Part shown: in pieces, positions 35,011 through 49,434 of the stretch
How the letters are laid out: each line of letters opens with the position of its first letter
Position numbering within the stretch: the first letter of the stretch is position 1
Assembly: GCA_964106645.2 (NCBI GenBank)
Contig: OZ067039.1
Length of the DNA: 64,000 bases
From: Podarcis pityusensis
Lineage: Eukaryota
Direction: 5' to 3' (one strand)
Notes under the pieces: model-generated
The model's input: only the letters and a program-made list of their open reading frames with translations
What the model was told of the DNA's origin: nothing
Databases searched by the model: none
Made by a program: the position numbers and the translations under genes

Positions 35011-37525
35011 CTAGTAAGTCTCTAAGGATAGAATCATTAGAAAACAATAAAATATACCTTTGTTGAATACATTTCTGGACAATGATATGTGCCAATTATT
35101 CTTCTGTCCTGTAAGTTAATAAAATCAAGACCGGTTTCCATAGAGAAAAGGCAGCTGTTAGCTTTCATTAAAAATTAATGTACTATAGGCTATTATCATA
35201 AACGATGCACTTTAATTAAAAGCACAGGGCAATCTGAGCCAACAATCAGCAGAAGTATATCCTTGGTTTAGAGGTGCTGTTGTTGTCTTGGCCCTGACAA
35301 TGTAGACAACACAAATTTGTAATGGAAATGTACAGCCCCCGCACACACAAAAACCTGGTCATTTTTGACCAAGAAAGGAACGATGACATGTAAACATTAG
35401 TTAGGAGAGAGGGGAACAACATGGGGATTTAAAAGGTGGTAGGGGGAAGGAAGTCTGGGTGCTGATATGGTTCTTCAGCCACATAACGGGATTCTTGATA
35501 GGGCAAGACAGACTTTATGTATAAAAAACATCCACAGGGCAGGGAAAATAGGTAAACATGTGAAAGGGGGACAAGTAACAAAAACAGAAGATGAATAGTG
35601 CAAAATATTAACTTGAACATAATAATCATGGAGGTATCAAACAATCACTTTAAATGATAACATGATTAAGTGATAAAAATAGAATTCACTGTTGGGCCTA
35701 AAATCAGCTTGCAAAATGTAGACCACAGAGCATGGGACATTGCTGACCCTCCCAGCTCAAATAGCAGATAGACCTACATGGCAGGTGATTCCCAATATCT
35801 AGAAACTCCAAAATGATGGCTCTCTATAGGTGTTGACTCTTTAATATCAGCAGCACACAAATCTAACAAATTATTCAGGTATAAAATAATTATAACTATA
35901 TAATAAAGTGACAGTTTTTATTTAGTGGTTACATTAGTAGCTTTCTTGCTTTAAAAAAACAGCTTTATTCTTGTACTTCTGTAGTGCACATTTATTATTT
36001 ACTATCAAACATGCATCAAACTGACACAGTAAAGCATTCAGCCCTTCAATTCCATTGCCTGCAAGCAACTCACTTTTAAAACATGGACAAACAAAGCTGT
36101 CAATACAGTCATACTTTTTTGATTATTATCTCTGATTCTGAAATCAAATGAAACAAAGAAAACAATGTGTGAGAGCACTAATGCAACATTGTCAAAGTTG
36201 GCCCAATTATTGGATGGATTGTCTTATCCATTCAGCATTCCACCCCTAACAAAGCCCTTCAGTAAAAGATCTGACTGATTATTTCAAATCAGTATGTCTT
36301 CCTTACTGTCCTCCGCTCTACTCTTCTTTTCCATGTCTGCCCTTCCCTTTTCTCAATTTATTTAAGACTGCTCCTTCTGTCAAAACCTTCTGCTTTCCTT
36401 TCCCTGCTACCTTCTCAATTCCGGTAAAGAAAAGGAATTGAGAAGGTTTAGCCTGTGCTGGACATGGATTGCTCAGTCAATGGCAGTCAGAGAACCTTAG
36501 GATCAAAGCAGTTCAGTCAAGGGCAGCAAATGACTCTTTAGTTTGCTTGCCTTGTTGTTCTACAACAGTCAGTCCTTCCAGTCAGCTACTCTACAGCTAT
36601 CACAACAATATACCGTAGATTACCGGGCCTCTAATCTTGTGCACTTGACCCATTTTAAGATTAATAATTTTTCTGAGAAATTGTTTCATCGATGTACAAT
36701 TTACTATATAATTTTAACAACAACTGAAATAAAGCTGTCTGAAATTAGATCTGCGTTTACAAATGTGCACCAATAGGTGTGTGTAATTGCAACCCACTAT
36801 TTGCCCCAATGATACCACTGCTTCTGTCGAAGCATTATGCAGTTGTACTTTTCTACACTGTCTGAACTGCTACATTTGAACATTCTATTTGTGATAGCTG
36901 TATCAAAATGTATTCTCTATAAAAAGATCTTGAACAACAACAACAAAAAAGTACTTTCTGAGAATTTTTCTGTCATGGCGAAAGCTAATTATTTAGCTCT
37001 CTGAAAGAATTGGAAGGCAGGCTTTCAGATTATGTAAGATAACTGATGTATCTTAAACAAGCAGAAGCTGGATACACACTGTCCTTGTGCAAATTAAAGA
37101 TGGCATTCTGAGATTGTTACTATGGACAGAGAGCTTTACACAGCTGACTTGACCTTTTTTCTGATGTCACCAGGAATAGCACTACAGACTGTATGTAGAA
37201 GCTACCTTGTGACCTTTTCTGTAAGAGGCCACAGGCAAAGTCTGCTGCCACCACTGCCTCACATTACCTTCAAAGCAAATTCTTACATAATGCTAATGGA
37301 GAGATGGAAAACAATGGCGTGTACACTGCTGGTTTATAGAAAATTCTTACACAACAGCAATGCATAGTTATAAATAGTTGCTTTTAGGCACTTTCTTTAA
37401 AAAAAACCAACGAATTCAATGTGAAAAATATGGATCAAAGTAGTCATTTATTGCAGACTGTTTTAATTTTGGCAACTCTCTAAACCTGCGAAGTATGCAG
37501 TATAGATTTTGACCACGTTCAAAAC

Positions 37526-37663
37526 CAGAGCTGGCTAACCTATAGCCCTGCAGATATTGTTGGACTACAATGCCCATTATCCCTGACTGTTTCCCATGCT
37601 TGTTGAAGCTGATAGGAGCTGGAGTCTAACAGCATCTAGAGGGTTACAGGTTTTTCATCCCTG
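37526..37663. mobile_element. Degenerate hAT-like MITE
   Basis: CAG...CTG ends and TTGGACTACAA...GGAGTCTAAC; same family as 55304. Confidence 0.6.
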
Positions 37664-38602
37664 TTTTGAGCTGTAGCTTAACCATAAATATTTACATGGT
37701 GGAAAGTCATGTATACTTAAGCATATCAAAGCTTCATGATATCCTAAACAGTAGGAATAACTCAAGATAAAGGCAAACACTTAGCAGGATTCAACTAATG
37801 AGTGCTATCAGCAGGAACTCTGTGCAAGGAATTCCTCTAGCACAATGGGGTCCCCCCCCTCCAAATGGATGTCCCCGGGAATTGGCTCTGGGGGGGTTTA
37901 CTTTCCCAATACTCAATTTTTAAAGGCACTGGGATGTCAGAGGAAATGGAATTTCCTTTACGAATTCCCCATCCCTGTCATTCACAGTTTGCCACCTGAC
38001 ACTGATATAGCATCATCATACAAATACATCTGCATTTGTTGCACTTTTTCATTGGCATATTTATGGAAACTGTAATGAGCGGACCAGCTCTATGCTACAT
38101 TTATTTCAAATTCATTTGAATTTTTGGTTGTCATCATGGGAGTGCAAAAGGGATGCAAACTTGATAGGTAGCTAGAGGTTTAGTACTGAGCAGAACTGGT
38201 TCTATCTCCTTTGTGGCTACGAAATAGGTAGCCTTTATACTGCAATTATCTTTCCACTTTCTCGTGGACCTACGAAACTACTGAATGACACTGACAGCTG
38301 AAATGGGAGCCAAGAGCAACACAAAAAAGGTCTCCCACCATGTTCTTCAATCCTACCTTCACTAGCAAACTAAAACACAATGCTGGCTAAAGTCCCTCAG
38401 GCTTGCTCTTTCTTAATTATGCCCCTCTCCCACCTCTTATTCTGGCTAGGGAAATTTAACAAAATGACCTGGAACTGGTTGTCTGAGATGGAGACACTTC
38501 TCAAACAACATAGAAATACAAAAAGAGAACACATAATACTAAATAAAAACACAAACAAACTGATAACCCTCCCCCCCTCAAAAACATTTAAAAGGACATA
38601 TA

Positions 38603-38843
38603 CAGTGGTACCTCGGTTTACGAACTTAATCCATTCAGGAAGTCCGTTCTTAAACTGAAACTGTTCTTAAACTGAGGTGTGCTTTCCCTAATGAAGCTTC
38701 GCTCTGCAAGTGCCCTTCCACCATTCGGATTCCGTTCTTAGACCGAGGTAAAGTTCGCAAACCGGGACACTACTTCCGGTTTTGCAGAGTTCATAAACCG
38801 AATCATTCGTAAGCAGGACTGTTCTTAAACTGAGGTACCATTG
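38603..38843. mobile_element. Tigger-like MITE
   Basis: CAGTGGTACCTCGGTTTA...TAAACTGAGGTACCATTG TIRs with TA flanks. Confidence 0.85.
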
Positions 38844-39917
38844 TAATGTTAATCAGCCAAAGGCCTGGTTAAAGAGAAACTGGCGCCTAGCACCTAAAGA
38901 TATGTAATGAAGGCACCAGGTCAGCCTTAGTTGGTTGTTTCTGAGACAATGAACAGGCTTCCAAGTTTTCAAGCATGCTGTCCGTAGATATGTGACATAA
39001 TACAGAGACTACTGAGCCAAAGTTTATCATTATATGCAGAGTACTCTTAAATCACAGCCAACATGTCCACATAATATACCTTATCTAAAAGTGCAGATGC
39101 TGGCCACATCAGTTCAGACTATATTTTGAAGTGGGGTTTGCCTCATAGAATCAATAATGGAAGTTTTATTAACATATATTGAAATGATTTAATTGTCAAA
39201 GGAAGTGATTTCTATATGAACGCTTCTACAAAATAGCAGATCCTATTTGTGTATTATTGGACAATGATATTGTGGGATAAAAGTTTAGACAAGAAAAAAT
39301 GTGTTTATAAGTGAATAGACTTGAAAAACAAATAAATCTCAGGCAGTAAACTAAAAAGAAGTTTGCTAGTAGCAAAGGCAGTTGAACTTTTTCAACTTTT
39401 GCAACCAGAAAGAACATGTGCAAATCTGTACAATTCTGTAAAAGAACTGAATCTTGGCACAGAATTCTAGGCTCCCTTCTTCTACTAAACGCTGCTTAGT
39501 AAAAATCCTTCATTCTCACGTAAATACTGTTGCTTACTAGCTTGTTATAAATTACTACTGCTGTTATTACTGTTGCATCTTCATATAAGATAATAAGAGC
39601 ATGCAAGGTGCATCAAACAGGTTAGAGCAGTAGCAAGAGAGAAGAGATCCCAAAAGAGGAAGCAAGGGAAGCTCAGAATGTTAAATCTCATATAGGCATA
39701 AGCCCCAAAGAAGCTATCCAGAAAAAATTGCAGTGCTAAGAAGTTATTGATAAATGATTTACATACTCTGCATGGAAAATGAAGAGAAAAAAATTGCTCA
39801 CTGAAGGAAACAGAGTTGCACAATACCTGGAACAAAGCAAATCCAAGATGGTATGATATCCAAGCAGTGTGAAAAGTTTTATGGATTAAGATTTCTAGTT
39901 GGCTTTAAGTATGAATG

Positions 39918-39948
<31 letters not shown>

Positions 39949-40279
39949 TAGCTAGTAAGCCACAAATGGAAGAACAAAGCTCATTGGGAAATAGATTACA
40001 CAAAACAAGTAACTGCTTACACACACATATATACACATACACAGAGAGTCTCATAGAAATAAAAGACAAACTGAAATGCATCCAAAAAGAAACTTTTCAA
40101 CTTTCAGGCACTCCTCAATGAATCTGTGAAAAACTAATGAAGACTAAAATAATCTAGAAGGAGCCATAGTTCCTCCTAAAATTAGGAATAAGTTAAAATC
40201 GTGACTCCATACTAGAACCTTAGCAGTCAACTCCATAATAATAAAACAAATGGAGTATGGCTATATTCACAAAGGGCTA

Positions 40280-40830
40280 GATCAACATGGTTTAAAGCTA
40301 AACCTACTGAATTAATTCATAAATTGTCATTGCAACATAGATTATTTATATAAAAATTCTTTTGTTGCTTTTCTACTAAAAGAATTCAAAGTGACTTACA
40401 ATGTAATGGATGATGAGAAAACAGTGGATATTTTATCTGGGTTTTAGTAAAGCATTTCATACAGCACTATACAATAACTTATGGTTAGAAAGCCAACATA
40501 AGATGTCTTGGACAATTAGTACAATCAAATGGATCAAAAACTGGCTATCTAACCGTATTAAGAGAGTAATCGTAACTGGCAGTCCATCTAGATGGGGAGA
40601 GATTTCCAGTGGGATCCAGGGATCGCAATTCGGTCCCATTTTGTTTTATATCTTTATAAAAGATCTGGAAGACAAAGTAGAGAATATGCTAAATAAGTCT
40701 TTTGGCTTCTACTAATTAGGGAATGGTGAGCAGAGCTAGAACTAACATAGTAGTTGTAAAATAACTCTAAATACTTCTTTGAAATTGGATGATAGATTTA
40801 CAGACCATATTCTAAATTAAATGTGAGACA
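40280..40830 (+). mobile_element. Ancient CR1 LINE reverse-transcriptase fragment
   Basis: QHG; YLGFSKAFHT (cf. YLDFSKAFDT); [17 protein letters not shown]...[21 protein letters not shown] (cf. GVPQGSVLGPVLFNIFINDL). Confidence 0.85.
40554..40664 (-). CDS. GABRB2: GABRB2 cassette exon of the long isoform (beta-2L), 37 aa
   Basis: ctttgtcttccag|ATC...ACG|gttaga; 111 nt, phase 0-0. Translation [37 protein letters not shown] matches the recalled human insert [38 protein letters not shown]. Confidence 0.9.
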
Positions 40831-43039
40831 GAAGATAACAGAACACATGGGAGCTTCACAGAAGAAAACAATAGTAGGCTTTGCTAGTCATGTCTGTGTC
40901 AAATATCCAAAATGATTTGAGCCTTTTGGACTCAAATACGTCATATCTCTTAAAAAGCCAAAGACATTGTCACATGGAATGGCAGAAGAGGAAACGATCT
41001 CACATGGAGGTAAATTATAAGAGCTAAGTGGATAGAGAGCTTGATGAAAGTAAAGAGAATAAGGAATAACATGACAGTCAACTGCAGGAGATTCAGTCAG
41101 AAGTAGAGGTGTAAGTGCAATTAAAGCCATTAAAACCAATTGATCTGACAAAACAAGCATTATGGTAATCTTGACACTATCTTCCCAGGCTGAATGTGTG
41201 GTGTCAGCACTGAACAAATTACACATTTAGAACATAACAGAAAGGGAATTCATGGAAAATCAATGGAAGAGGGGCTTCAATGGAGCTGAAGCAGCTTTGG
41301 ATCAAGATTTAATGCGTAAAATATAATATAATTGATCTATGAATGCATGTTTTCTTGGTAAATGGCTGTGAAATCACCATATGGGCAAACCCTTATGTTT
41401 CTTTTGCTAGCAAAACTGAATTAAAGGAAGAATTGAGATGCAGAGTCAAATATATAAACACAAAGTTCACATACTTATAGCATGGATACCCAAAAAAGAA
41501 AAGAAAAAAAAGGAGATACTTGGTAAGAACAGAATGTGAATGTGAAACAGAACAAACAGGTTTCACAGTATATTTGATTCATGGGCAAACCTTTGAGCCC
41601 TAAACTCCACCCTGGAATGCTAAAAACCTGACAATGGCACTTGGGTAAACATCAAGCAGCTGCATTCAGGACAATAGACAAGAAGTAGAAAGGTGTTACC
41701 ACTAAGCATGTCTGAGGGCTGTCAATTACTAGGACAGGAGCAACAGGACACATTCTATTAGATTTTGCTTCTGTGCTGGCAATCATTATGTTGAGTAGAT
41801 TGCTTTCTGTTTTTTGTCCGGAGCTGGAACTTTAGGGACTGACTGTGGTTATAAAAATTAAATAACAAAAATATTTTGGGAGACACTGTTGAGAGGATCC
41901 ACAGCATCAATTCAGATAGGCTTATCTGGAATGGTATTAGGCCAAAACTTGACTGTTTTTGCAATTTATTCTGTGTCGAGTTAAGGGCTTCTTGTCTGCC
42001 TGTGAATTTGGTCTGCTTTTTTAGCAGTTGTCTTTTAGATTTTATCAGTTTAATGGGTTATAATTTACTTCTGGTATTTTTTTTGGTGTTGTTATTATAC
42101 AGCACCCTGGGATTCATTGGTATGGAAGGTGAATTAGAAACATTAGCAATAAAGTAATTAATAAAACCTGAGACTGATACCCTTCTTTATAATTTGTAAA
42201 AGCTTGAGAAACACCCCTTTGGCATGCACAATTCTTGTCCTCTCCTATTTGATTTCCTCTTCCTTTTCCTTTGTCTATAGCTTCCATGGCAACCATGGTT
42301 ACACTTGAAACTGATATTTGAAACCATAAATCAGGCATTCTAGCTGCACCCCCATCCTCATGGTTGCTGCCCTATTTGTGATGGCAGTGGGGAAGTCTCC
42401 TGTACTCATGGAGGCTTCTGAACATTTTAAAAACCACAAAACATGAGGGTTCCAAAACCTCCACAGATACAGGTCTCCCTGATGCAGACAGCCACTGAGG
42501 AACATTTAGAGGACGACGATGAGGAGGATGAACAGGCAGAACTAGTATGCTTGTGGACATTGTTCCCTCCTTACATGTTGACTTAAGCCCTATTCACTAT
42601 AGTGCTGTTTACAGTACTGAAAAGAGAAGGGTTGGGAGAATTCAGGCCAGATGGAGAAGATAGATCAGGTGGGCCCTTCAGGATTTAGGGAAATTTATAC
42701 TTGCACCAAGCTACACACAAAGGTTGTTGAAAGAATAAATGAAGCTATGCTGCTGTTGTTTCCAAGAAGGGTTTTCTGAAGAGTGAGAATTGTGACCCCT
42801 TAGAAAATAAGAAATGTTGCAAGTTACCTTTTATGAAACATCAGACAACTAATAGCACCACAAAACTGATACTTTGATTAAAAAAATCACAACAGTTTTG
42901 TCATGCCCTATGATACACTGGAGGAACACTTGGTTGTATCTAAAATGTTGGTTCATCTCTGGAGATAAAGTTCTGAAACCATTTTCCTTTGGCACCTGAA
43001 ACTTCACACTGGCTTCCATTGGCCTCTGGAAGCAGTGAC

Positions 43040-43495
43040 AAGTAGGCACCGATGTTCAAAGATCCTCAGTGGCTCCCAGTTTGTTTACAGGCTCAATTCA
43101 AAATACTGGTCTTGGTCATTAAAAACCCTAAGCCTGATACCTGTATATTTCAAAGTTCCACCTTCTACAATGGTAACTAAACAATTGGTTCAGATCTTCC
43201 CTAGAAGCCCTCCTCTGAGTGCCCCTGCAAGAGGCCAATGAAGAGATGGCCTTCTCTGTCACAGCACTCAAATTGTGGAACTGCTGCCCTACATATGCTC
43301 ATTTCACACCATCCATGTTTTTATTTTGTGTGGTCTGCTCTGTGTTCTTGAACTTTGACAGCCCTATTCTCTTTTTATACATCATCTTCTGTTATTATTT
43401 ATTTATGCTTCTATCTTCATTGGATATCTTGTTGTACTATAATTCACCCCAAGTCTAATTTACAAAAGGTAGAAATATATTAAATAAGCAAGTAA
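43040..43495 (+). mobile_element. Degenerate L2-like LINE 3' fragment
   Basis: WLPVCLQAQFKILV and AFSVTALKLWN motifs followed by a T-rich UTR. Confidence 0.6.
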
Positions 43496-46366
43496 GTAAT
43501 ATCCATCAGCCACAGTCTAAAAGGAGACAGTCTAGGCACAGAGAAAGGAACCATGTATGGAAATGGAGTTCCCTTCCCTCTTCTTTGGAAAGTTGATACA
43601 TATAGAGTATCATTGAGAAAACCTTTGCATAGAGCAAACCTTTGCATGAAAATGTAATATTTGAAATGGCTCTATGAGTGAATGGCTTCCACATTTCCCC
43701 AAATAAAACTTGAAATTATAATTTTGGCAGAAAATATTTAATATCCAAAAATTAATCATTTTTTGCCAATCGTTTTTATTGATTTTCCAATTTTAACCCA
43801 ATTACACAAATTAATTCCAAATTAATACAATTTTGTTTAAGAGGTTTTCCACAATCCATTCTTGATGCGTCTTTATGATCTAATACTACTGCATTTCATA
43901 TTCTTATTTACTTCTAGCACACTCCATATTACAAATTATCACATAGTCAACAGCTGCACTCTTAATGATTTCTATTCATTTTATTATATTATTGAACTTT
44001 CAAAAAACTTCAAGTGAGGAACAACAGATTTTCTTTTCTTTTTCAATCTGCATGCGCCCAAAATTAATTCTTAACCCACCTTTATTCATTGGTTTTCTTT
44101 GTAAGCACCTTCAGGCATTTTTGGCATGTTTTATTATTTGAAATGTTGAAAAAAAGATTTTAAAAATAGACATGTACATGCCAATACAGTTTTTTGTGTG
44201 TATGTGTTATATAAACTGTTTTTGAGCACCACTATGAGAAGATAAGGCTACTGTGATGGTTGCTTCCTGGTTTTATGCAGTTTACCTCTGTTAATTTGCA
44301 ACTAGAAGTCAAGCAAAATTACCATAGTACCATTATTGTAACAAGCTGCAGGTAGGGAACAGGGAAATGAAGGGTTGTATCCAACAAAGTACTCCCATTC
44401 ACAATAATTTCTGCTTGCACAACAGACCTCTCCCTTCCTCTTCTCTCTCTGTGCTCCCCCTTCCCAATCTGCTTGGGGGAGTTGAAGGAAATCCCAAAGC
44501 AGATTTAGAAGGATGCACAGGGAGAGAAGAGGGAGGGGACATTCCACTACATGAGGGAAAGTCTTTGCATAAAGGGGGAAAAAACCCCAGAAACATACCA
44601 AAACGTCTAGCCCAGAACCGTGTGAATCCAACAGTTATCTTTCTCCCTCAGTTTTCACACATTTGAGAAAATACGACATGGAATTTGGATTTTTTTTTAA
44701 AAAAAAATAAATAAACAATTTTCTATGAAATATTTCAAGTTTTACATCTATACAATTTTACAAATAAATCCATGCCATATTTGCTGAAATGATGCTTTTG
44801 CTGACATTATAAAAATGTAAGTATACTTATATTGATTCTATATTCTCTGTCAAGTTTATACCCCCTTTTGGTTCTGTTATAGAGTATCACACAGCTTTCA
44901 AGCACGTCGTAGTTTAGCCATCATTTTGGATTGTTCCTCTGAGGAACAGCTGGAAAACTCATGAATTTTTTAAAGTCTTCAAACCTTCTGCCTGACAGGT
45001 GACAGCAAAGCCTATAGTGAATACAATCCATCTTGTAAATCAAGCTTCAGAAAGAGGAAAATGCCACTAAGTGACAGTGTATCTAAAGCCCAAGGCATTC
45101 AAGGGCTTTCCAGATGATTTGGGGTGGGGGTTTTTTTGCATTATAAATAAGTGTACAGCTGTGACAATTGGTTGCTCAGGATCCAGGCATCTATGGATCT
45201 TCTTCCAATGTAGGAATATTGCATTTTTTACCACTGCACAACACCATGTTAAATGGGAAAAAGTTATTTTCTTCAGCTGCTACACTCTTGTGTTAGACTT
45301 TTAACAAGCTAGAGAATTCATGCTATGTAAAACCATGGGGAGGTCTGTTTAGAAGAATGATGAGCGACACTTTCTAGAAAGAATTTGCAACACCAATTCT
45401 TATAAGCTTGTGACACTTTTGATGTGTTTAATGCTTTTAGTAGTGCTGTGCATCTTATTAGACTGTTTTACTATTAAAATACTGTTGTGGCATTTATTGA
45501 ATGTTTATTGCTATTGTATTTTACTGTCAACCACCCACTATACAAAACCACAGCAGCAAATAAATATTTGTTGGGGGTGAGGGTGGGACACAAGCACATC
45601 AAAATTTGAAAATAGAAAAAAGGGAATACTAACAAAGTTGTCTATACTATATTAATGCCCCCACCATCTCATGAAACATTTGCATTGCTTTGATTATTTT
45701 TAAAAAGCCATCACAGCCATGCACTATTTGTTTCTTTTGCGTGGATATAAAATATTTTGTAAAGATCCACTAATGGATGTGGAGAAGTCTATTTTTGCTG
45801 ATTTCCCTTCTCATCTTCAGCCCCTAGAAAATATGCTGGGGGGGGGGGCGTTCTAGTTTGGAAAGTGTCATGGGCAACTGTAAAGGTAGCAGGAAAAACT
45901 GCCCCTTCTGTGAGCAAAGGCCTCCTCTAGATCAAATACTCTTCTATAAAAGCACTTCTTCAGTCTATGCAGAACTGACTGCATCCCTATATTTAGGTCT
46001 CTGAACATGGTGTGTTTATGTCCAGAGCACAGACACACAAATTTATTTTTCCCATGGCATATGGACTATCTTATCCCTTCCACAATGCTATATCTTCATC
46101 CATTATGTAAAGTTGGAAGTATCATATTATGAACATTGGTTTGGAGCTAGTTCAAGCTTATTTAATAAGACTATAAGGTGTTTTGTTTTGCTTTCCCCCC
46201 CTTTGCTTAGTTTTTTAAAAAATCATCTGGAAAGGCTGTATAGTGAAAGCCAAGATGGCCCATAAAATTCCTACTGGACTTGTGCAGCAGAAGAACCAAT
46301 GTAAAAAAAAAGCTCTGTTTGGAAGAAAATGAATTGTCTAATGCTGTAACTGTAAGAGGCTAATCA

Positions 46367-46642
<276 letters not shown>

Positions 46643-47209
46643 TCAAAAAATTCAAAATAGTGTGTGTGTATAGATATAGATAGATATAGATATATAGATA
46701 AAAATATTAGGGGGAGCTGGAGTTCACTCTAGAGTAGAACTAGAAGAAATATTTTCCATACTAGCTTCTTTTTGGTTTTTGGGTGGTGATGCTTATTACA
46801 GTAATGAGCAAAAAAACATTAAATGCTACGAATTCTCAAAGTCAACACCATGGAAATCTTTCCACTTGTGTATCGCACAGGTTATAAGGTGCACCTATTT
46901 CTTCAGTGTGCTGGTTTTGCTTAATATTTTTTTACATGTTGTCTTCTGGTTTGAATTCTCAGAAAAATCTTGCTTGAAGACCTTGTGCAATATACATTAG
47001 CTTGAATCGAGGGAACAGTAGAGAATGCATTCAACCTTCCTTTAGGTAATGTTTCTTCTTAAGAGCTATGGAAACTTGACAAGGCTTAAGTTTAAATTTG
47101 CATTAGAGTTGGATCCTTACCTGGAATGCAAGGTTCAGCAAACTCAAAAGGCTTGCTAATGTAAACTGATTTTAAAAGACCAGCTATATTAGTTTGTAGC
47201 AGCAATTAT

Positions 47210-47218
47210 TAATTAATA

Positions 47219-47266
<48 letters not shown>

Positions 47267-47340
47267 TTATTATTTATACCCCGCCCAGCTGGCTGGGTTT
47301 CCCCAGCCACTCTGGGCGGCTTCCAACCGAATATTAAAAA
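47210..47340 (-). mobile_element. 5'-truncated LINE 3' end with (ATT)n tail
   Basis: The reverse complement reads GCCGCCCAGAGTGGCTGGGGAAACCCAGCCAGCTGGGCGGGGTATAAATAATAA(ATT)n, a terminal stem-loop plus repeat tail. Confidence 0.7.
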
Positions 47341-49281
47341 CAAAGCAACATTTGTTGTAGCTGATCATTTATTGGATTACTGCGCCAGGAGGTTAAAAAT
47401 ATTTGTTTGCATTATCAGTTTTGTTGGAATGGCAACACAAAAACTCTTTCAACCTCTGATTTGTGTATAACTGTTGGGTGAATGAATCACAAGTTGAAAG
47501 AAAGTAAACAAACCATGACAAGGCCAGTGTCTTATGAGCTGTTCCTATTCTGCCTTGGGACACAATCTAGAGTCATCATTCACAGACCCACATAAAAGCA
47601 AAGTGACTTGTCAATTTTTCTGTCAGGGACAAGAGGGTTTGAACTAGGAATTGTGGGGTCTAGGTTTGGGACCTAAGCTGAACTGTAGACTGTGCATGTT
47701 CTCAGGCTTCAGAGCTTTCTTCAGGCACAAAGGGACTGTGCAACATCAAGTCGTGTGACAGGTGAAGCCTGATACAAATCCTAGAAGCCATGCCTTTTAC
47801 TGCTGTATGGTCACAGATGTAGAACCTATTTGCTACTCTTCAAGCCCAGACCTGGCGTTGGGTGCAGTTCCACTCAGCTCTGGACAGCCTTGGCAAATGT
47901 CAAGACAAGTCAACAAGGGCATGTGACTGAAGGAAGTGGAATTCCTTGTCTGCATTGCCTGGAGTTTTTACCCCAATGTAGCCAGAGGCAATACCACGGT
48001 GTAAATAAGTCCATGGTAACTGGTATTATTGGGATTCAGCTCGGTAAACTATTTTACTTGTGGAATTTGAAATGCCCATTAAGAGAAGAAGCCATACTCC
48101 TGCAAAGTAGAATCCTGTTTCAACCTTACCCAAATTTTACCTAAGAAGGCAATACTACATGTTGAGATAGGAGCGTAGTAAAAGATACAAAGTGACACCA
48201 TTGGTTCATTAGCTGGGTACTTCTCTATAACGATGGGCATAGAGGCTTTCCAGAGTTCAGGCAGGATCTTTCCCAGCCTTGTGAAACAAGAACCTAGAGA
48301 CTGAACTTGGGGTCTTCTGCATGCAAAATATGTTTTCTCTCCAGCTTTGAACCCTCCCCATAGTCTGAGGAATTACCAGCAAGGTAAGAATATTTTGTAA
48401 TTTTTAGATTAAATATATTGCAAGAAAAGTAGCTAAGGTTGCAAAACTCTATGGTCCCTGAAAAGGTGACCTAAGCCATATGGTCTTTTGGATCTCCCTG
48501 AAAAGAGAGGTCTGCTCTCTCAGGGGAAGATCTAGATTTATAAGCCTCTCTTTGAGGCAACTGAGAAGTCTGCCGCTAGTGCTCCTCCAACCAAATTAGA
48601 AAGGGGTGGAAAAATCCTGTGCTCCACACTTTCCACATGAACTGGCAGGGCATAGGTTCTTCTAATTTTATTTCTCCCCACTTCCCACCTCATATAGGTT
48701 TGCTCCACTAAGTAAACAGTGCTAATATAAATTGCAATGATTTTAAGCTAATTCGGAGAAGAAATTGTTTTAGCTGGGCTGTGATGACTCAAATTCTGAA
48801 TCATAAATGTAAATTTAATAGGTAGTAGTACACAACAATGCTGAACACCAGCACAAAACATCACACAATCTGGCTGAGCTGAAGCACTTGTATTTACTTT
48901 GATTTACTCACTTTAAAATTATCTCTAAATATTTTATCCAAACTGGTTCAAAAGAAAGCTTTTCAGTGCTTAAATATATGTAAACCTGACCAGCCTCCAA
49001 AATTAGTACAGGAAGCACATTCAAAGGGCAACAGCCAAAGTAACATTAGTGCCAGAAGAGCTGCTGCTGCACAGGTGAGCTTTGTTGTGTGATGGGTATC
49101 ACAAGTGGAAGTAGCATAATGGCACAAAAAGTAAATGATAGAGTTAAGCTGTGCAATAATTCCACCATTCTAAGTCACCCATTGGATTTGGCTGTTATGT
49201 TATGTTAGGAATGGAGCTTCTGTTATGGGTGGCTGGCACAACAGGATGGCACTCTATATATGTTGAGCAAAAAGTGCTTAC

Positions 49282-49434
49282 CTAAAGCCACTCTGGCAGC
49301 TGAAGCATCATAATTGATCCAGAATGAAACCCAGGAGAGAATAGTGATCAGAATGGAAGGCATGTAGGTCTGAAGTATGAAGTAGCCAATGTTTCTCTTG
49401 AGTTTGAAACTGAGCGACAGCCTTGGATAGGAAC
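49282..49434 (-). CDS. GABRB2: GABRB2 exon (pre-M1, TM1, start of TM2), 153 nt
   Basis: ttctag|GTTCCTAT...GCTTTAG|gtaagc; [50 protein letters not shown]. Confidence 0.97.
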
